Shown here piece by piece: positions 1 to 9,064 of a stretch of 64,000 nt of DNA. How positions within the stretch are numbered: position 1 is the first letter of the stretch; the number at the start of each line of letters is the position of its first letter. The stretch comes from a virus: IMG/VR virus record IMGVR_UViG_3300020391_000003, positions 1 to 64,000 of that record. One strand, written 5' to 3'. Both the position numbers and the translations under genes were made by a program. Under the pieces are notes generated by a model that did no database searches, was not told where the DNA came from, and saw only the letters and a program-made list of their open reading frames with translations.

Positions 1-408
1 AGAATCAAGATTACCACTTAATGTATCAATATGTTCGTGGAGATGAAGTTCTGTGGTTTCGAGATTACCACTTAATGTATCAATATGTTCGTGGAGATGA
101 AGTTCTGTGGTTTCGAGATTACCACTTAATGCATCAATATGTTCGTGGAGATGGAGCTCTGTGACTCCGGGGTTTCCACTTGATAAGTTAAAACCTGTAG
201 AATTTTGTAGTAAGTCAATAATATTTATTTTTTCTCCAGATAAATTTTGTAAAAATCCAGATTTAAAATTTAATTGATCTACATCAATTTGTTTAGTAGA
301 AAGTTTTTTTCCTTCAATTAATACAAGTGGATCAAAGGGCTGCTGGCCAATAATATACTTATCTTTGCCAATCTTTCTTAATGCATTTTTTATTTGAAAA
401 AATTCCAT
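1..408 (-). CDS. Hypothetical protein with 18-aa His-rich tandem repeats (3' end runs off the window; missing from the ORF track)
   Basis: My translation from ATG at 408 is open to position 1: MEFFQIKNALRKIGKDKYIIGQQPFDPLV...SGNPGVTELHLHEHIDALSGNLETTELHLHEHIDTLSGNLETTELHLHEHIDTLSGNLDS. It starts 6 nt after the stop of the 415-1938 gene. Confidence 0.8.
   Translation of the reverse strand, partial: MEFFQIKNALRKIGKDKYIIGQQPFDPLVLIEGKKLSTKQIDVDQLNFKSGFLQNLSGEKINIIDLLQNSTGFNLSSGNPGVTELHLHEHIDALSGNLETTELHLHEHIDTLSGNLETTELHLHEHIDTLSGNLDS
9..165. repeat. 54-bp coding tandem repeat, about 3 copies
   Basis: Units start at 9, 63 and 117 (gattaccacttaatgtatcaatatgttcgtggagatg...) and encode ETTELHLHEHIDTLSGNL on the minus strand. 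Confidence 0.95.
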
Positions 409-414
409 AATTTA

Positions 415-1938
415 TTAGATTACATCGTTATCGCCTGTAACTTTATATACTATAGAATATTTAACTGTATATCCAGAAATAGTATGAGGCCTTTTAATAA
501 AAACCCTTCCCGCTTCGTCATTGTCTATTTTTACTCCGATATCTGAATCAATAAATATTAAATCTTCATTTTTTGGTGAAACTGGTTCATTTTTATTTAA
601 TCTTCTATCTGCAGTATGAAATTGTATTGGATATGATGATTCATTAAAAATAACAATGTGATCCATTAAGCCTCTTTCATATAAGTTGTTATAATCTTCT
701 AGTTCATAAGAATTTATCAAACTAGCTGAAACGTTTTCTTGACGAAGCGAAAATTGCGTGTCTGTGTGAAATGTGCTAAATGAGTCAACGCATCTGTCTT
801 GCGGTGTATATTCTGAGTGTATAAAGTATTCTGGATGAGCTATTTCGAGCTCGCTTTTATTCATTCTGCCATTTTCAAAATAAGTTCCAAAAACATCATC
901 CATTAAATTTTTATTTGTTCCGTAACAACTTCCAGAGTCAGTGCCATACCTTAAATTATCTGGTATATCTTCCATTAATATGAAATCTTCTTCTATTTTT
1001 TGATTAACAGTTTTTGTTCTTTTTTTATAAGGCTGAGTGTCACTTCGTTTTATAGTTACTCCTTCGCCGGAAAAACCAATATTACTTAATTTAGATATGA
1101 CTCCAGAAAGAAGTTCGTGCGTTTTTACATCAGAATCTAATTCTACATCAACGTGTATGTTAGAAAGTTCTCCAGAAATACCAGAAAGTAATCTATGGGT
1201 TTCGCTGTCATCTATATCTATATTAGAAAGCTCTCCAGAAACCCCAGATAGTAACCTGTGAGTTTCTGCGTCATCAATATTGATATTAGAAAGCTCTCCT
1301 GAAACTCCAGATAGTAACCTGTGAGTTTCTGTATCGTCAATATTGATATTAGAAAGCTCTCCTGAAACCCCAGATAGTAACCTGTGAGTTTCTGTATCGT
1401 CAATATTGATATTAGAAAGCTCTCCTGAAACCCCAGATAGTAACCTGTGAGTTTCTGTATCGTCAATTTTTAATCTGGATAATTCCCCAGAAACTCCAGA
1501 TAGTAGCCTATGAGTTTCCGGGTCACTATCTATCTCTACGTCTACATGTATATCTGATAGGCCAGAAGATATTCCTGAAAGTAATCTATGAGTTTCTAAG
1601 TCTGCATTGTTGGAGTCAAGGCTCGATAAAGCTCCAGAAATTCCAGAAAGCAGTCCGTGAGCAGTAGTATCGCTATCGACAGATACATTAAAATTTATAT
1701 CAGAAAGATAGCCGCTTAAATTAGAAACGTTGTCTGCAATACCAGTTAGTATTTCATTAGTTGAACTCAAGTCTATTTCTAGATTTAAGTTCTCTACTTT
1801 TATATCAATTTCCCCCTGCGGCTCCCACCTTCCAGACTCTTTGTTCCAGAAGTATTGAAATACGGGCGCAGGAGATAGGTGGTCTAACTGCGTAATATCC
1901 GAATATAACGGATTATTTTTATAATCTCCATTGGCCAT
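415..1938 (-). CDS. Repeat-containing hypothetical protein, probably virion-associated
   Basis: 507-aa ORF with 21-aa repeats IDDTETHRLLSGVSGELSNIN, an upstream GTGTA motif and an unrecognised C-terminal domain. Confidence 0.75.
   Translation of the reverse strand: MANGDYKNNPLYSDITQLDHLSPAPVFQYFWNKESGRWEPQGEIDIKVENLNLEIDLSSTNEILTGIADNVSNLSGYLSDINFNVSVDSDTTAHGLLSGISGALSSLDSNNADLETHRLLSGISSGLSDIHVDVEIDSDPETHRLLSGVSGELSRLKIDDTETHRLLSGVSGELSNINIDDTETHRLLSGVSGELSNINIDDTETHRLLSGVSGELSNINIDDAETHRLLSGVSGELSNIDIDDSETHRLLSGISGELSNIHVDVELDSDVKTHELLSGVISKLSNIGFSGEGVTIKRSDTQPYKKRTKTVNQKIEEDFILMEDIPDNLRYGTDSGSCYGTNKNLMDDVFGTYFENGRMNKSELEIAHPEYFIHSEYTPQDRCVDSFSTFHTDTQFSLRQENVSASLINSYELEDYNNLYERGLMDHIVIFNESSYPIQFHTADRRLNKNEPVSPKNEDLIFIDSDIGVKIDNDEAGRVFIKRPHTISGYTVKYSIVYKVTGDNDVI
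1220..1471. repeat. 63-bp coding tandem repeat, 4 near-perfect copies with degenerate flanking copies
   Basis: Units start at 1220, 1283, 1346 and 1409 (atattagaaagctctcc...). Degenerate copies extend over roughly 1100-1720. Confidence 0.95.
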
Positions 1939-1950
1939 ATAGGAGATTAT

Positions 1951-1955
1951 TACAC
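1951..1955 (-). promoter_or_regulatory. GTGTA motif, candidate late promoter
   Basis: Minus strand aattaaGTGTAataatctcctatATG, 12 nt before the 1938 start. Confidence 0.55.
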
Positions 1956-1962
1956 TTAATTT

Positions 1963-2307
1963 CTAGCTCTTATCCTGGGGGTGTTTTAACCCCCTCCTTT
2001 TCTTACTATAATCTTTGAAATATTTTTGCTGAATAGGGTCATACCCAAGCTTATCTTTGCGTTGTTGGCTAAGCTCTTTGCTTTTATCGATTATATCTCC
2101 CATTGTTCCTTTAGTACTGTCTGTTTTTTCTCTAAAAGATTGACTACTAAAAGGATCGATTGCGGAATCAATACTTGCTTCTGGGCTGTAAAAAACTCTT
2201 TTCCATTTTACTCCATCTTCATCTGTATATTCATGTTTGTCATTCATACCTTGAATAACATCTATTTCTTCTGATGTAATAGGATGCTCGTATGTATATA
2301 AGGGCAT
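1963..2307 (-). CDS. FmdB-like small regulatory protein (zinc-ribbon Cys residues absent)
   Basis: The N-terminus MPLYTYEHP...EEIDVIQGMND...KWKRVF resembles the MP-x-Y-x-Y start of FmdB-family proteins. Confidence 0.5.
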   Translation of the reverse strand: MPLYTYEHPITSEEIDVIQGMNDKHEYTDEDGVKWKRVFYSPEASIDSAIDPFSSQSFREKTDSTKGTMGDIIDKSKELSQQRKDKLGYDPIQQKYFKDYSKKRRGLKHPQDKS

Positions 2308-2308
2308 A

Positions 2309-3364
2309 TTAAGATAAAATTGTATTTAATGTGTTTTTGTAAGTAAATTTTTCTTTCAATTTTTGACCTTCGGCATTTAAGTGTTTACACTTTGTTTCAG
2401 CTAATTTCATTGATTCTATAAATTCATCTTCATCAAATGTGTAAATATTACCTTGATTAAATTCAGCACCTTCTTTAAAAAATATGTTATCATAAACGGG
2501 CTCTTTGCCAGAGGGGTCTATGAGAATGCAATTTTTATCGTTAGCCCAATCTTTATGTGCGCTACAGTTAAGAACTATACTCCACTTTCCTAAGCAGGTT
2601 GCATTGAAAGAAGGTAGATTCCATCCTTCTGCGCCACTCATGCCTCCCAGGTCGATATCAATTGAATTAAGATAATCGTTCACTTGTGAATTTTTAGGAA
2701 GAAATGGTAAAAAATTAACATTACCAACTCTTTTACCCTCAAGTATGTTGTTTATAATTCCCTCCATCTGCTCCTTTTTGAAGAATGGATTGGTAATACA
2801 GCATGTTAATTGGTAATCATAATTATTACCATATTTTTTAATCCAAGTTTTGATTATTTTTTCTGTATGCTTTCTTTTTTCAAACTTGCCCATAATTCCA
2901 AAATGTATTTTGTTTTGCATATAGGTCTTGTTTGTGTTATAAAATGTATCATCAAAACCCAATGGAGCAAAGCCGGAATTTTGAAATAAAGTAGAAGCTG
3001 TTGAGGAACTAAAAAAAGTTTTATCCTGAAATTCGCATAATTTTTTTTCTTCTTTTGTTGGATTATCTAATTCGTAAAATGTATACAATATTTGTTTTTT
3101 GGATATTCTGTTTTCAGATCCATTGAGATGCCACATTTGTAAAGTTGTTGTATCTTGATTGAGCATTGAGTATCTGTCGTTAACTCCTTTCTCAACCCAC
3201 TCTTTAAGATCTTTGCTTATAGATCCAAACGAACTAACGTCAACATTTCCGTGCGGAAATATAGCTACGTTCATATCTTGATTATACATTTCTTTCAAAA
3301 GGTTAAACGATACATTTCCGAAAGAAAGTGAATTTAATGGGCCTTTGTATATTAAATCTTTCAT
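2309..3364 (-). CDS. Glycosyltransferase, GT-B fold (GT4-like)
   Basis: GKFEKRK and SGAEGWNLPSFNATCLGKWSIV match the GT4 E-G-[FW]-x-L-P motif. Confidence 0.75.
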   Translation of the reverse strand: MKDLIYKGPLNSLSFGNVSFNLLKEMYNQDMNVAIFPHGNVDVSSFGSISKDLKEWVEKGVNDRYSMLNQDTTTLQMWHLNGSENRISKKQILYTFYELDNPTKEEKKLCEFQDKTFFSSSTASTLFQNSGFAPLGFDDTFYNTNKTYMQNKIHFGIMGKFEKRKHTEKIIKTWIKKYGNNYDYQLTCCITNPFFKKEQMEGIINNILEGKRVGNVNFLPFLPKNSQVNDYLNSIDIDLGGMSGAEGWNLPSFNATCLGKWSIVLNCSAHKDWANDKNCILIDPSGKEPVYDNIFFKEGAEFNQGNIYTFDEDEFIESMKLAETKCKHLNAEGQKLKEKFTYKNTLNTILS

Positions 3365-3365
3365 G

Positions 3366-3749
3366 TTAAAATGGTATGTCGGCGAATTCGTCGTCTTCTA
3401 ATATTTCATTAGCCTTTTGTTCTGCAATTTTATCTTGATCTAATTCTTCGTTTTTGTCTAAAAAATTTACAAAGTCTGCTCTACAAAATATCTTAGTTCT
3501 ATTTTCTCCAGTTTTTGAAGTCCAATTATTTAATATTAATTTTCCTTCAATTAAAACTTTTCGACCTTTGGTTAGGAATCTATTACAATTTTCAGCGACA
3601 CCATTCCATGTTTCAACGTCTATATAAAAAACGGAGTTATTAATTTTATTATTTATTGCAATACTAAAACTGCATACATTATTACCATTGGGTATTTTTT
3701 TTAAAATGGGATCTTTTGTTAAGTTGCCTAGTCCTATAAATTTATTCAT
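3366..3749 (-). CDS. ssb: Single-stranded DNA-binding protein
   Basis: MNKFIGLGNLTKDP...FSIAIN...YIDVETW...AENCNRFLTKGRKVLIEGKL...W, with the acidic tip DDEFADIPF. Confidence 0.95.
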   Translation of the reverse strand: MNKFIGLGNLTKDPILKKIPNGNNVCSFSIAINNKINNSVFYIDVETWNGVAENCNRFLTKGRKVLIEGKLILNNWTSKTGENRTKIFCRADFVNFLDKNEELDQDKIAEQKANEILEDDEFADIPF

Positions 3750-4339
3750 ATATCTTCAGATAGTTGTTCTTGAAAATTTTTAACTGCAGAGTTATGTATA
3801 TTGATGCAACCTTGAATGCTAAGATTCATTTCGTTGCCAATTTTTTTCCATGACATTAATTTGTTTTTTGTTCCTTGTACATATCTCATTTCAAATATTT
3901 TTTCTACTCTTTTATCGGGATGATCTTTTATTACTTCAATAACCTTATTAAATAAATCTTGCTTAATGCTTTCTGAAATAGTGTCGCATTCTTCATCTTC
4001 TGTTGGTAGGTTTTCTAGAAAATCGCTATGCCATGCAGGACGTCTTTTGTTTCGATTGTATATATTTAAGCACATCCACTTGGTTTCATTGCCGAGGTAA
4101 GTGCTAAATTTTGCACCTCTATCTTTATCGAACTTCTTTGCGGCATCATAAATTTTATATTCCTTATCGCTAATTAGATCATCATAATCTATAAAAGGAC
4201 TATTTGGACTTGCATATGAGTTCACCATTTCAATGTATATTCCGCTGTGTCTGTCGATTAATAGTTTTAAACTATCTTCAACATTGACATTATTTTGTAT
4301 GTTTTCTACGAGCGTTAAATCATTTACATCTTGATTCAT
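3746..4339 (-). CDS. Phage-encoded sigma-70-family RNA polymerase sigma factor
   Basis: Region 2 AAKKFDKDRGAKFSTYL...W; region 4 IFEMRY...MSWKKIGNEMNLS...NIHNSAV. Confidence 0.85.
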   Translation of the reverse strand: MNQDVNDLTLVENIQNNVNVEDSLKLLIDRHSGIYIEMVNSYASPNSPFIDYDDLISDKEYKIYDAAKKFDKDRGAKFSTYLGNETKWMCLNIYNRNKRRPAWHSDFLENLPTEDEECDTISESIKQDLFNKVIEVIKDHPDKRVEKIFEMRYVQGTKNKLMSWKKIGNEMNLSIQGCINIHNSAVKNFQEQLSEDI

Positions 4340-4884
4340 AAAATAGATTGTAATGCTTCATCTACAATATTCGATATTTCATTTTTATTTTCAGGAGCAA
4401 AGTCTAACCACTCTATGAAAAAGTCTGATTTACTTTTAAGAATGGGATCATTATCCGACTCTTCTTGATTAGGCGCGACAATACCATCTCGAGTTACATG
4501 AACAGCTTTTCCGCCCAAAGAGTGAACCCAATCTATTTCATTTTCAAATCGAACATCGGTTATAAATATTACTTTATCTTCTGTTTGTTTTTGCTTGATT
4601 CTTGTATCAAGCTTATCAACCCAACAGTTTGGATTAATCTTTCTTCTTAAGTGTGTGCCATACGTAACTAAAAATGGTCTTATTAATTCTTTTTCAGAAT
4701 TCTCTTCTGTAAAAGAAGATATTCCTAGATTATCTTGCAAAAAATTATCACACTCATGTTTTAATTCATCAGCAAAAGCCATTCTGCATGAATTTATTCC
4801 CTTTTCTTTAAGCTTATCTCGAGCGAAGGAATAGAAACTGTCTTTACCGCTTCTAGCTAATCCTGATATGCCTACTACTTTCAT
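4336..4884 (-). CDS. Deoxynucleoside monophosphate kinase (P-loop)
   Basis: GISGLARSGKDS, AFADELK, R-x-x-L-x-x-YGT, IFITDVRFENE. Confidence 0.85.
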   Translation of the reverse strand: MKVVGISGLARSGKDSFYSFARDKLKEKGINSCRMAFADELKHECDNFLQDNLGISSFTEENSEKELIRPFLVTYGTHLRRKINPNCWVDKLDTRIKQKQTEDKVIFITDVRFENEIDWVHSLGGKAVHVTRDGIVAPNQEESDNDPILKSKSDFFIEWLDFAPENKNEISNIVDEALQSIL

Positions 4885-5180
4885 TATGCCCCAAAAACAG
4901 TTTTAACATTACTGGACAATTCATGATGCCCTGCGTTTGCTAACATTCTAGAAACAGAGTGATACGATATTAGGTCATCATATTCATCTTCTAGTGCGTC
5001 TGGCTTTAGTTCGTGAGAAATCATTACAGAAGATAATCTTAAACTTCTTCCGTTTTCCTCTAGCATTTTAGTTAATGACTGAGTACATGCTTCTTCTTCA
5101 GAGTCAGCTTCGATTATCACCGACCAGTCAGAGCATCTAATCATATAATGCTTTCCTTTTGTTAGATCTATAAATTTCAT
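4884..5180 (-). CDS. Hypothetical protein, first gene of the leftward early operon
   Basis: 98-aa ORF directly behind a consensus sigma70 promoter; overlaps the next gene by 1 nt. Confidence 0.7.
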   Translation of the reverse strand: MKFIDLTKGKHYMIRCSDWSVIIEADSEEEACTQSLTKMLEENGRSLRLSSVMISHELKPDALEDEYDDLISYHSVSRMLANAGHHELSSNVKTVFGA

Positions 5181-5186
5181 GCATAA

Positions 5187-5215
5187 AGTATAACACCTTC
5201 TTTACAATTTGTCAA
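5187..5215 (-). promoter_or_regulatory. Sigma70-type promoter, probably leaderless transcript
   Basis: TTGACA-17 nt-TATACT, then 6 nt, then ATG at 5180. Confidence 0.85.
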
Positions 5216-5317
5216 TTCTTATATTTATAAATTATTAAAAAAATATTCAATGTATATCTATATTATTAACATCGTACAATTTTTTGTATGTCGCTAATAC
5301 AATTTTTTGAATTCTGC

Positions 5318-5346
5318 TTGACTATTTGTTGAGTAAATGATATTAT
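5318..5346 (+). promoter_or_regulatory. Sigma70-type promoter driving the glycosyltransferase island
   Basis: TTGACT-17 nt-TATTAT, then cgttgATGATG (5352/5355). Confidence 0.75.
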
Positions 5347-5351
5347 CGTTG

Positions 5352-5666
5352 ATGATGAAAAAATTCACACAGATTCCTCTTGCTGTTCAGCAAGATATAA
5401 TCAACGGTAAGCTTATTGGAAATGATCTTGTGGTTTACAATTATCTTGTATCAAAAGCCTCACACGGAAAGCCTATATATTTTTCCAATGATAGAATAGG
5501 AAAGGATTTAGGCGGCATGTCTTACGGTAAAATATCTGCCAGCCTAGGAAGATTATCTAGCGCTCAGCATATTGTTAGAAAAAAAACTTGCAACAAAACA
5601 CTAACTCAATTAAAAACCTTAGTCCTTGATCATAATACAATGTTAGTAAAAGGCTACAAGCAATGA
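5352..5666 (+). CDS. Small winged-helix DNA-binding protein
   Basis: DLVVYNYLVSK...IYFSNDRIGKDLGGMSYGKISASLGRLSSAQHI is an HTH-like pattern. Start moved from 5337 because that ATG lies inside the promoter. Confidence 0.55.
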   Translation: MMKKFTQIPLAVQQDIINGKLIGNDLVVYNYLVSKASHGKPIYFSNDRIGKDLGGMSYGKISASLGRLSSAQHIVRKKTCNKTLTQLKTLVLDHNTMLVKGYKQ

Positions 5667-6622
5667 AAATATCAGTAAGAATGGAAGGTGGTTTAGGTGA
5701 TCACTTATTGGCCAATAGATTTATTCCTGCAATTAAAGAGCAGTGGCCTGGCTGTAAGATTGATTTATGGTCTGACACAGAGGGAAATAAATTTCAATCA
5801 GATGTCCTTAAAAAAATGTGGCCATCTCACTTTAATGATATTTTTGTTCTAGAAGAAAAAAGGTACAAAAGCCTTAAGATTAGATCTTCTAATTTTCCAG
5901 AAGAAGATTACCGAGGGTCAATCAAAAACGTAAAACCGACAGACCTTAAATTAATGGAGGGTGCTTACGATAAATTCTATGACCTTCATATTGATTCTCT
6001 GGATTGGATGAATTATGACTTTGATTGGTTTAAACACTTTCAAGTTTTTCCTACTCCAGAAAACAAAGGGAGAATGTTTTATCCCAACGCAATGTTTCCA
6101 AATAAATTTATTTTAGCACACCTTTATGCAAGAGACGGAGCAGACTCAAACATGGAAGACTGGTATATAGAAAAACTCGTCAAAAATATTACGCAAGAGT
6201 TTGATGTGATAATTTTATATAACGAAGAGTCAGAACATAAGTATAAAAAGCTGATGTCTCAAAAAATCGACAGGCTTCACTTTATGGACGAAACGGTAAT
6301 TTCTATTTTTGATATTTCCTCAAGATGTACAGCAATGCTTGCTATTGACTCAGGAATTAGATATATTCCATACCACTACGGAAAGCCAGTTTTTACATTT
6401 TCTAAATATTGTACTCAATATGGAGTTGTTCAATATTCATACCTAATCAGGTGGTTACTTAATGATAGATATGTACTACCACTACATTATGATATAAGCG
6501 GAGCATCAACTATGCTAAAAAACTGTTTAAGAAATCCGGCCTACAGATTATACCCACACCTCTTGGATAATATCGAAAAGCTGGTGGCACAAAGAGATAT
6601 TACTGAATATATTACAGAATGA
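5663..6622 (+). CDS. GT9 (heptosyltransferase-like) GT-B glycosyltransferase
   Basis: GGLGDHLLA...IKEQWPGCKIDLW and AMLAIDSGIRYI...GKPVF. Confidence 0.65.
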   Translation: MKISVRMEGGLGDHLLANRFIPAIKEQWPGCKIDLWSDTEGNKFQSDVLKKMWPSHFNDIFVLEEKRYKSLKIRSSNFPEEDYRGSIKNVKPTDLKLMEGAYDKFYDLHIDSLDWMNYDFDWFKHFQVFPTPENKGRMFYPNAMFPNKFILAHLYARDGADSNMEDWYIEKLVKNITQEFDVIILYNEESEHKYKKLMSQKIDRLHFMDETVISIFDISSRCTAMLAIDSGIRYIPYHYGKPVFTFSKYCTQYGVVQYSYLIRWLLNDRYVLPLHYDISGASTMLKNCLRNPAYRLYPHLLDNIEKLVAQRDITEYITE

Positions 6623-7410
6623 AAACAGCATTACTTTTTAGCGGAAAACTAGGAGATTGGGAAGATTCTTCTATGTCAATCATGGAGAATATTATTTGGC
6701 CCTTAAAACCAGACATTTTCGTTACAACATGGGATGATCAGCCGTCTTACGATTTTTGTAAATATTACAACCCTGTCAAACGAAATATCTTAAATTTTAA
6801 TCAAGTAATGAAAGTAATTAGTTCCATCGACAAACTAGATTATGATCCAAATCCAGGATTAATACCTATGCTAGCAGGACTAAAAGCCTGCCACACATTA
6901 TATTATAATTACAAACTACTTAAAAAACTAGATTATGATTTAGTAATTAGATTACGCCCAGATGTACAAGTTCTTGAGCCAATTAAAATTCACGAAAAAA
7001 ATGATTGTGCAAAAAATAAATTAATCAGGCTACCCTTATTTGAAAGCGAAAATATTTATAACCATGAAGAAGAGTTAAAAAAAGAATTTAGTTTTAGTTT
7101 TGTTTACGAAAAACAATCTTTACCCAATCAAATTAACGACCAATTTGCCATCGGACATCCAGACCAAATGGATAAATATTTTAATTGCCTATCTTTTTTA
7201 AGACAAGCCATTAAAATAATGTGGGAAGATGGATATCCAGAATATATGATAAAGGTTCCCGAATCAGTCATGACATTTTGTCTTAATTTACAAAACTGCA
7301 AGTATAAGCAATTAACTGGAACTAATTCTTTTGGAAATATAAAAACTATATTATGCAAAGATGGAAAAAAATGGAGAAACAAGGGTCATAATTCAGTAGA
7401 AGCAAAGTGA
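6619..7410 (+). CDS. Putative glycosyltransferase or glycan-modifying protein
   Basis: MKTALLFSG...DIFVTTW...YDLVIRLRPD...NDQFAIG, a pattern common in phage and bacterial glycan loci. Confidence 0.55.
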   Translation: MKTALLFSGKLGDWEDSSMSIMENIIWPLKPDIFVTTWDDQPSYDFCKYYNPVKRNILNFNQVMKVISSIDKLDYDPNPGLIPMLAGLKACHTLYYNYKLLKKLDYDLVIRLRPDVQVLEPIKIHEKNDCAKNKLIRLPLFESENIYNHEEELKKEFSFSFVYEKQSLPNQINDQFAIGHPDQMDKYFNCLSFLRQAIKIMWEDGYPEYMIKVPESVMTFCLNLQNCKYKQLTGTNSFGNIKTILCKDGKKWRNKGHNSVEAK

Positions 7411-8363
7411 AAATATTTTTTCCAGATATACATATAACTTTGACAAAAAACTTAAGCTTATCGTTCCAAGAGTTGGGCCATCAAATAGTTATTCCATCAA
7501 AGGAATACGAAGTAAAATATTTCCCTCCTCAGAATTGGGTGTGGAACAATTCTCATGATAAAAAATCAATACAGAAGTACGGTTTTGCCACGAACTCTCT
7601 TTTTGTAAGTAATAAAGAGTTACTAGAACTAAAACCCGAAGTTATTTTTGTGAGTGCGTTCGAAAATCAATTTGAGGTTATTAATTCAATATGGTCAGAA
7701 GCGCAAAAATGGGGAGCTAAGCTCGCATTCTATAGCGGTAATGATTATTGGGAAAGTGCTTATCCTTGGGACATAATAAAAAACTATATGCCCGCAGATC
7801 AACTAGGCGCAAGCTTATGCGAAAAATACAAAAAGCATTATTTTCACTATAGACCATGGATAGACTACAAAATGTTTAACTTTGAGGGCGTATCGGATAA
7901 CAAAAAAATAGGAACATATATATGCGACTATAAAAATAATTTTCCACGAGATTTCGATTGTTATCAGCAAGTATTAAAAAAACACAATGTAGAATACATA
8001 TTATGCGAGAAAGAAACTAAACAAAAAACTGCAGAAATAATGAATGAAACATCGTGCACTCTACATATAAAAAGATTAGAAGGTTATGGCTTTGCAATAA
8101 TAGAAAGCATGGCTAAAGGTAGACCTGTATTTTTCTGGGAACCTCAAGTCGCTGGCAAGAGTTACTTAAAATGGCTAAAAAAAGGCATTACGGGATTTAT
8201 ATTTAAAAACCTAGAGGATTATCTAAAAAGACAAGCTTTATTTCAAACAGATAAAGATTTCAGAAATGAGTCTCAAATCAAATGTGCAAAAGAAATAAGA
8301 AAAATTATAAATAATGAAGAGCAAAATTTAAAACTAAACAATTTTTTACATAATCTAGTATGA
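7407..8363 (+). CDS. Glycosyltransferase, GT4-like
   Basis: EGYGFAIIESMAKGRPV...GITGFI. Confidence 0.75.
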   Translation: MKIFFPDIHITLTKNLSLSFQELGHQIVIPSKEYEVKYFPPQNWVWNNSHDKKSIQKYGFATNSLFVSNKELLELKPEVIFVSAFENQFEVINSIWSEAQKWGAKLAFYSGNDYWESAYPWDIIKNYMPADQLGASLCEKYKKHYFHYRPWIDYKMFNFEGVSDNKKIGTYICDYKNNFPRDFDCYQQVLKKHNVEYILCEKETKQKTAEIMNETSCTLHIKRLEGYGFAIIESMAKGRPVFFWEPQVAGKSYLKWLKKGITGFIFKNLEDYLKRQALFQTDKDFRNESQIKCAKEIRKIINNEEQNLKLNNFLHNLV

Positions 8364-9064
8364 AATTAAATGATTTATTTGATTGTGTTTACTATATTAA
8401 TTTAAGCAAACGTATTGATAGAAAAAATAAATTTTGGCAATTAAATAAAAATATCCTAGACATAAATCGAACAATAAGAATTTCTGCGTTCGATGGATCA
8501 AATCAAAAAAGTAATACTGATTTCGCATCAATCATTAACGCAAGAACAGCAATATCACTAAGTTATGTTAAACCATTCTTGCATGCATTAAAAAACAATT
8601 TTAATGAGATATTGATTTTTGAAGATGACGCAGAACCTTTCTTTGCAGATGCATCTTTAGTTAACAAATATTTAGTCAATGCAAACGAATTAAATTACGA
8701 AATTATGTTCTTAGGTGGTACAATACAATCCCCCCTTGGCAGAGCTTCTCAAAATCTATTTAATTTAAAAGGTAATATTCTAGCCACTCAAGCAGTATGC
8801 TTTAATAATAGAAATAGTATTTTTAATCAATTCAATGAATTTCCAACAGACTTTAAAAGTATGAAAAAATTTTTGTTATCAAATAACGGGTGTTGTATGG
8901 ATACAATTATAGGAGAGAAATTAACACAACAAAGAGCTTCATTTATAACAGACAAATTATTATTCGGTCAATACGAAAGCTTTTCCGATATTGAAGCTCA
9001 AATAACATCTTATAACGAAGATATGATAAATAGATTTTCCAAGTTTGCATTAAATGAAATTTAA
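8360..9064 (+). CDS. GT25-like glycosyltransferase
   Basis: YYINLSKRIDRK, RISAFDG, ILIFEDDA. Confidence 0.75.
   Translation: MKLNDLFDCVYYINLSKRIDRKNKFWQLNKNILDINRTIRISAFDGSNQKSNTDFASIINARTAISLSYVKPFLHALKNNFNEILIFEDDAEPFFADASLVNKYLVNANELNYEIMFLGGTIQSPLGRASQNLFNLKGNILATQAVCFNNRNSIFNQFNEFPTDFKSMKKFLLSNNGCCMDTIIGEKLTQQRASFITDKLLFGQYESFSDIEAQITSYNEDMINRFSKFALNEI

Noticed and set aside
1-165. Possible CRISPR array at the window start
   Set aside because: The units are contiguous 54-bp tandem copies with no unique spacers, they keep an open reading frame, and no cas genes are present.
5337-5351. Annotated start of the wHTH ORF at 5337
   Set aside because: This ATG lies in the promoter spacer, upstream of the -10 box; 5352 or 5355 is more plausible.
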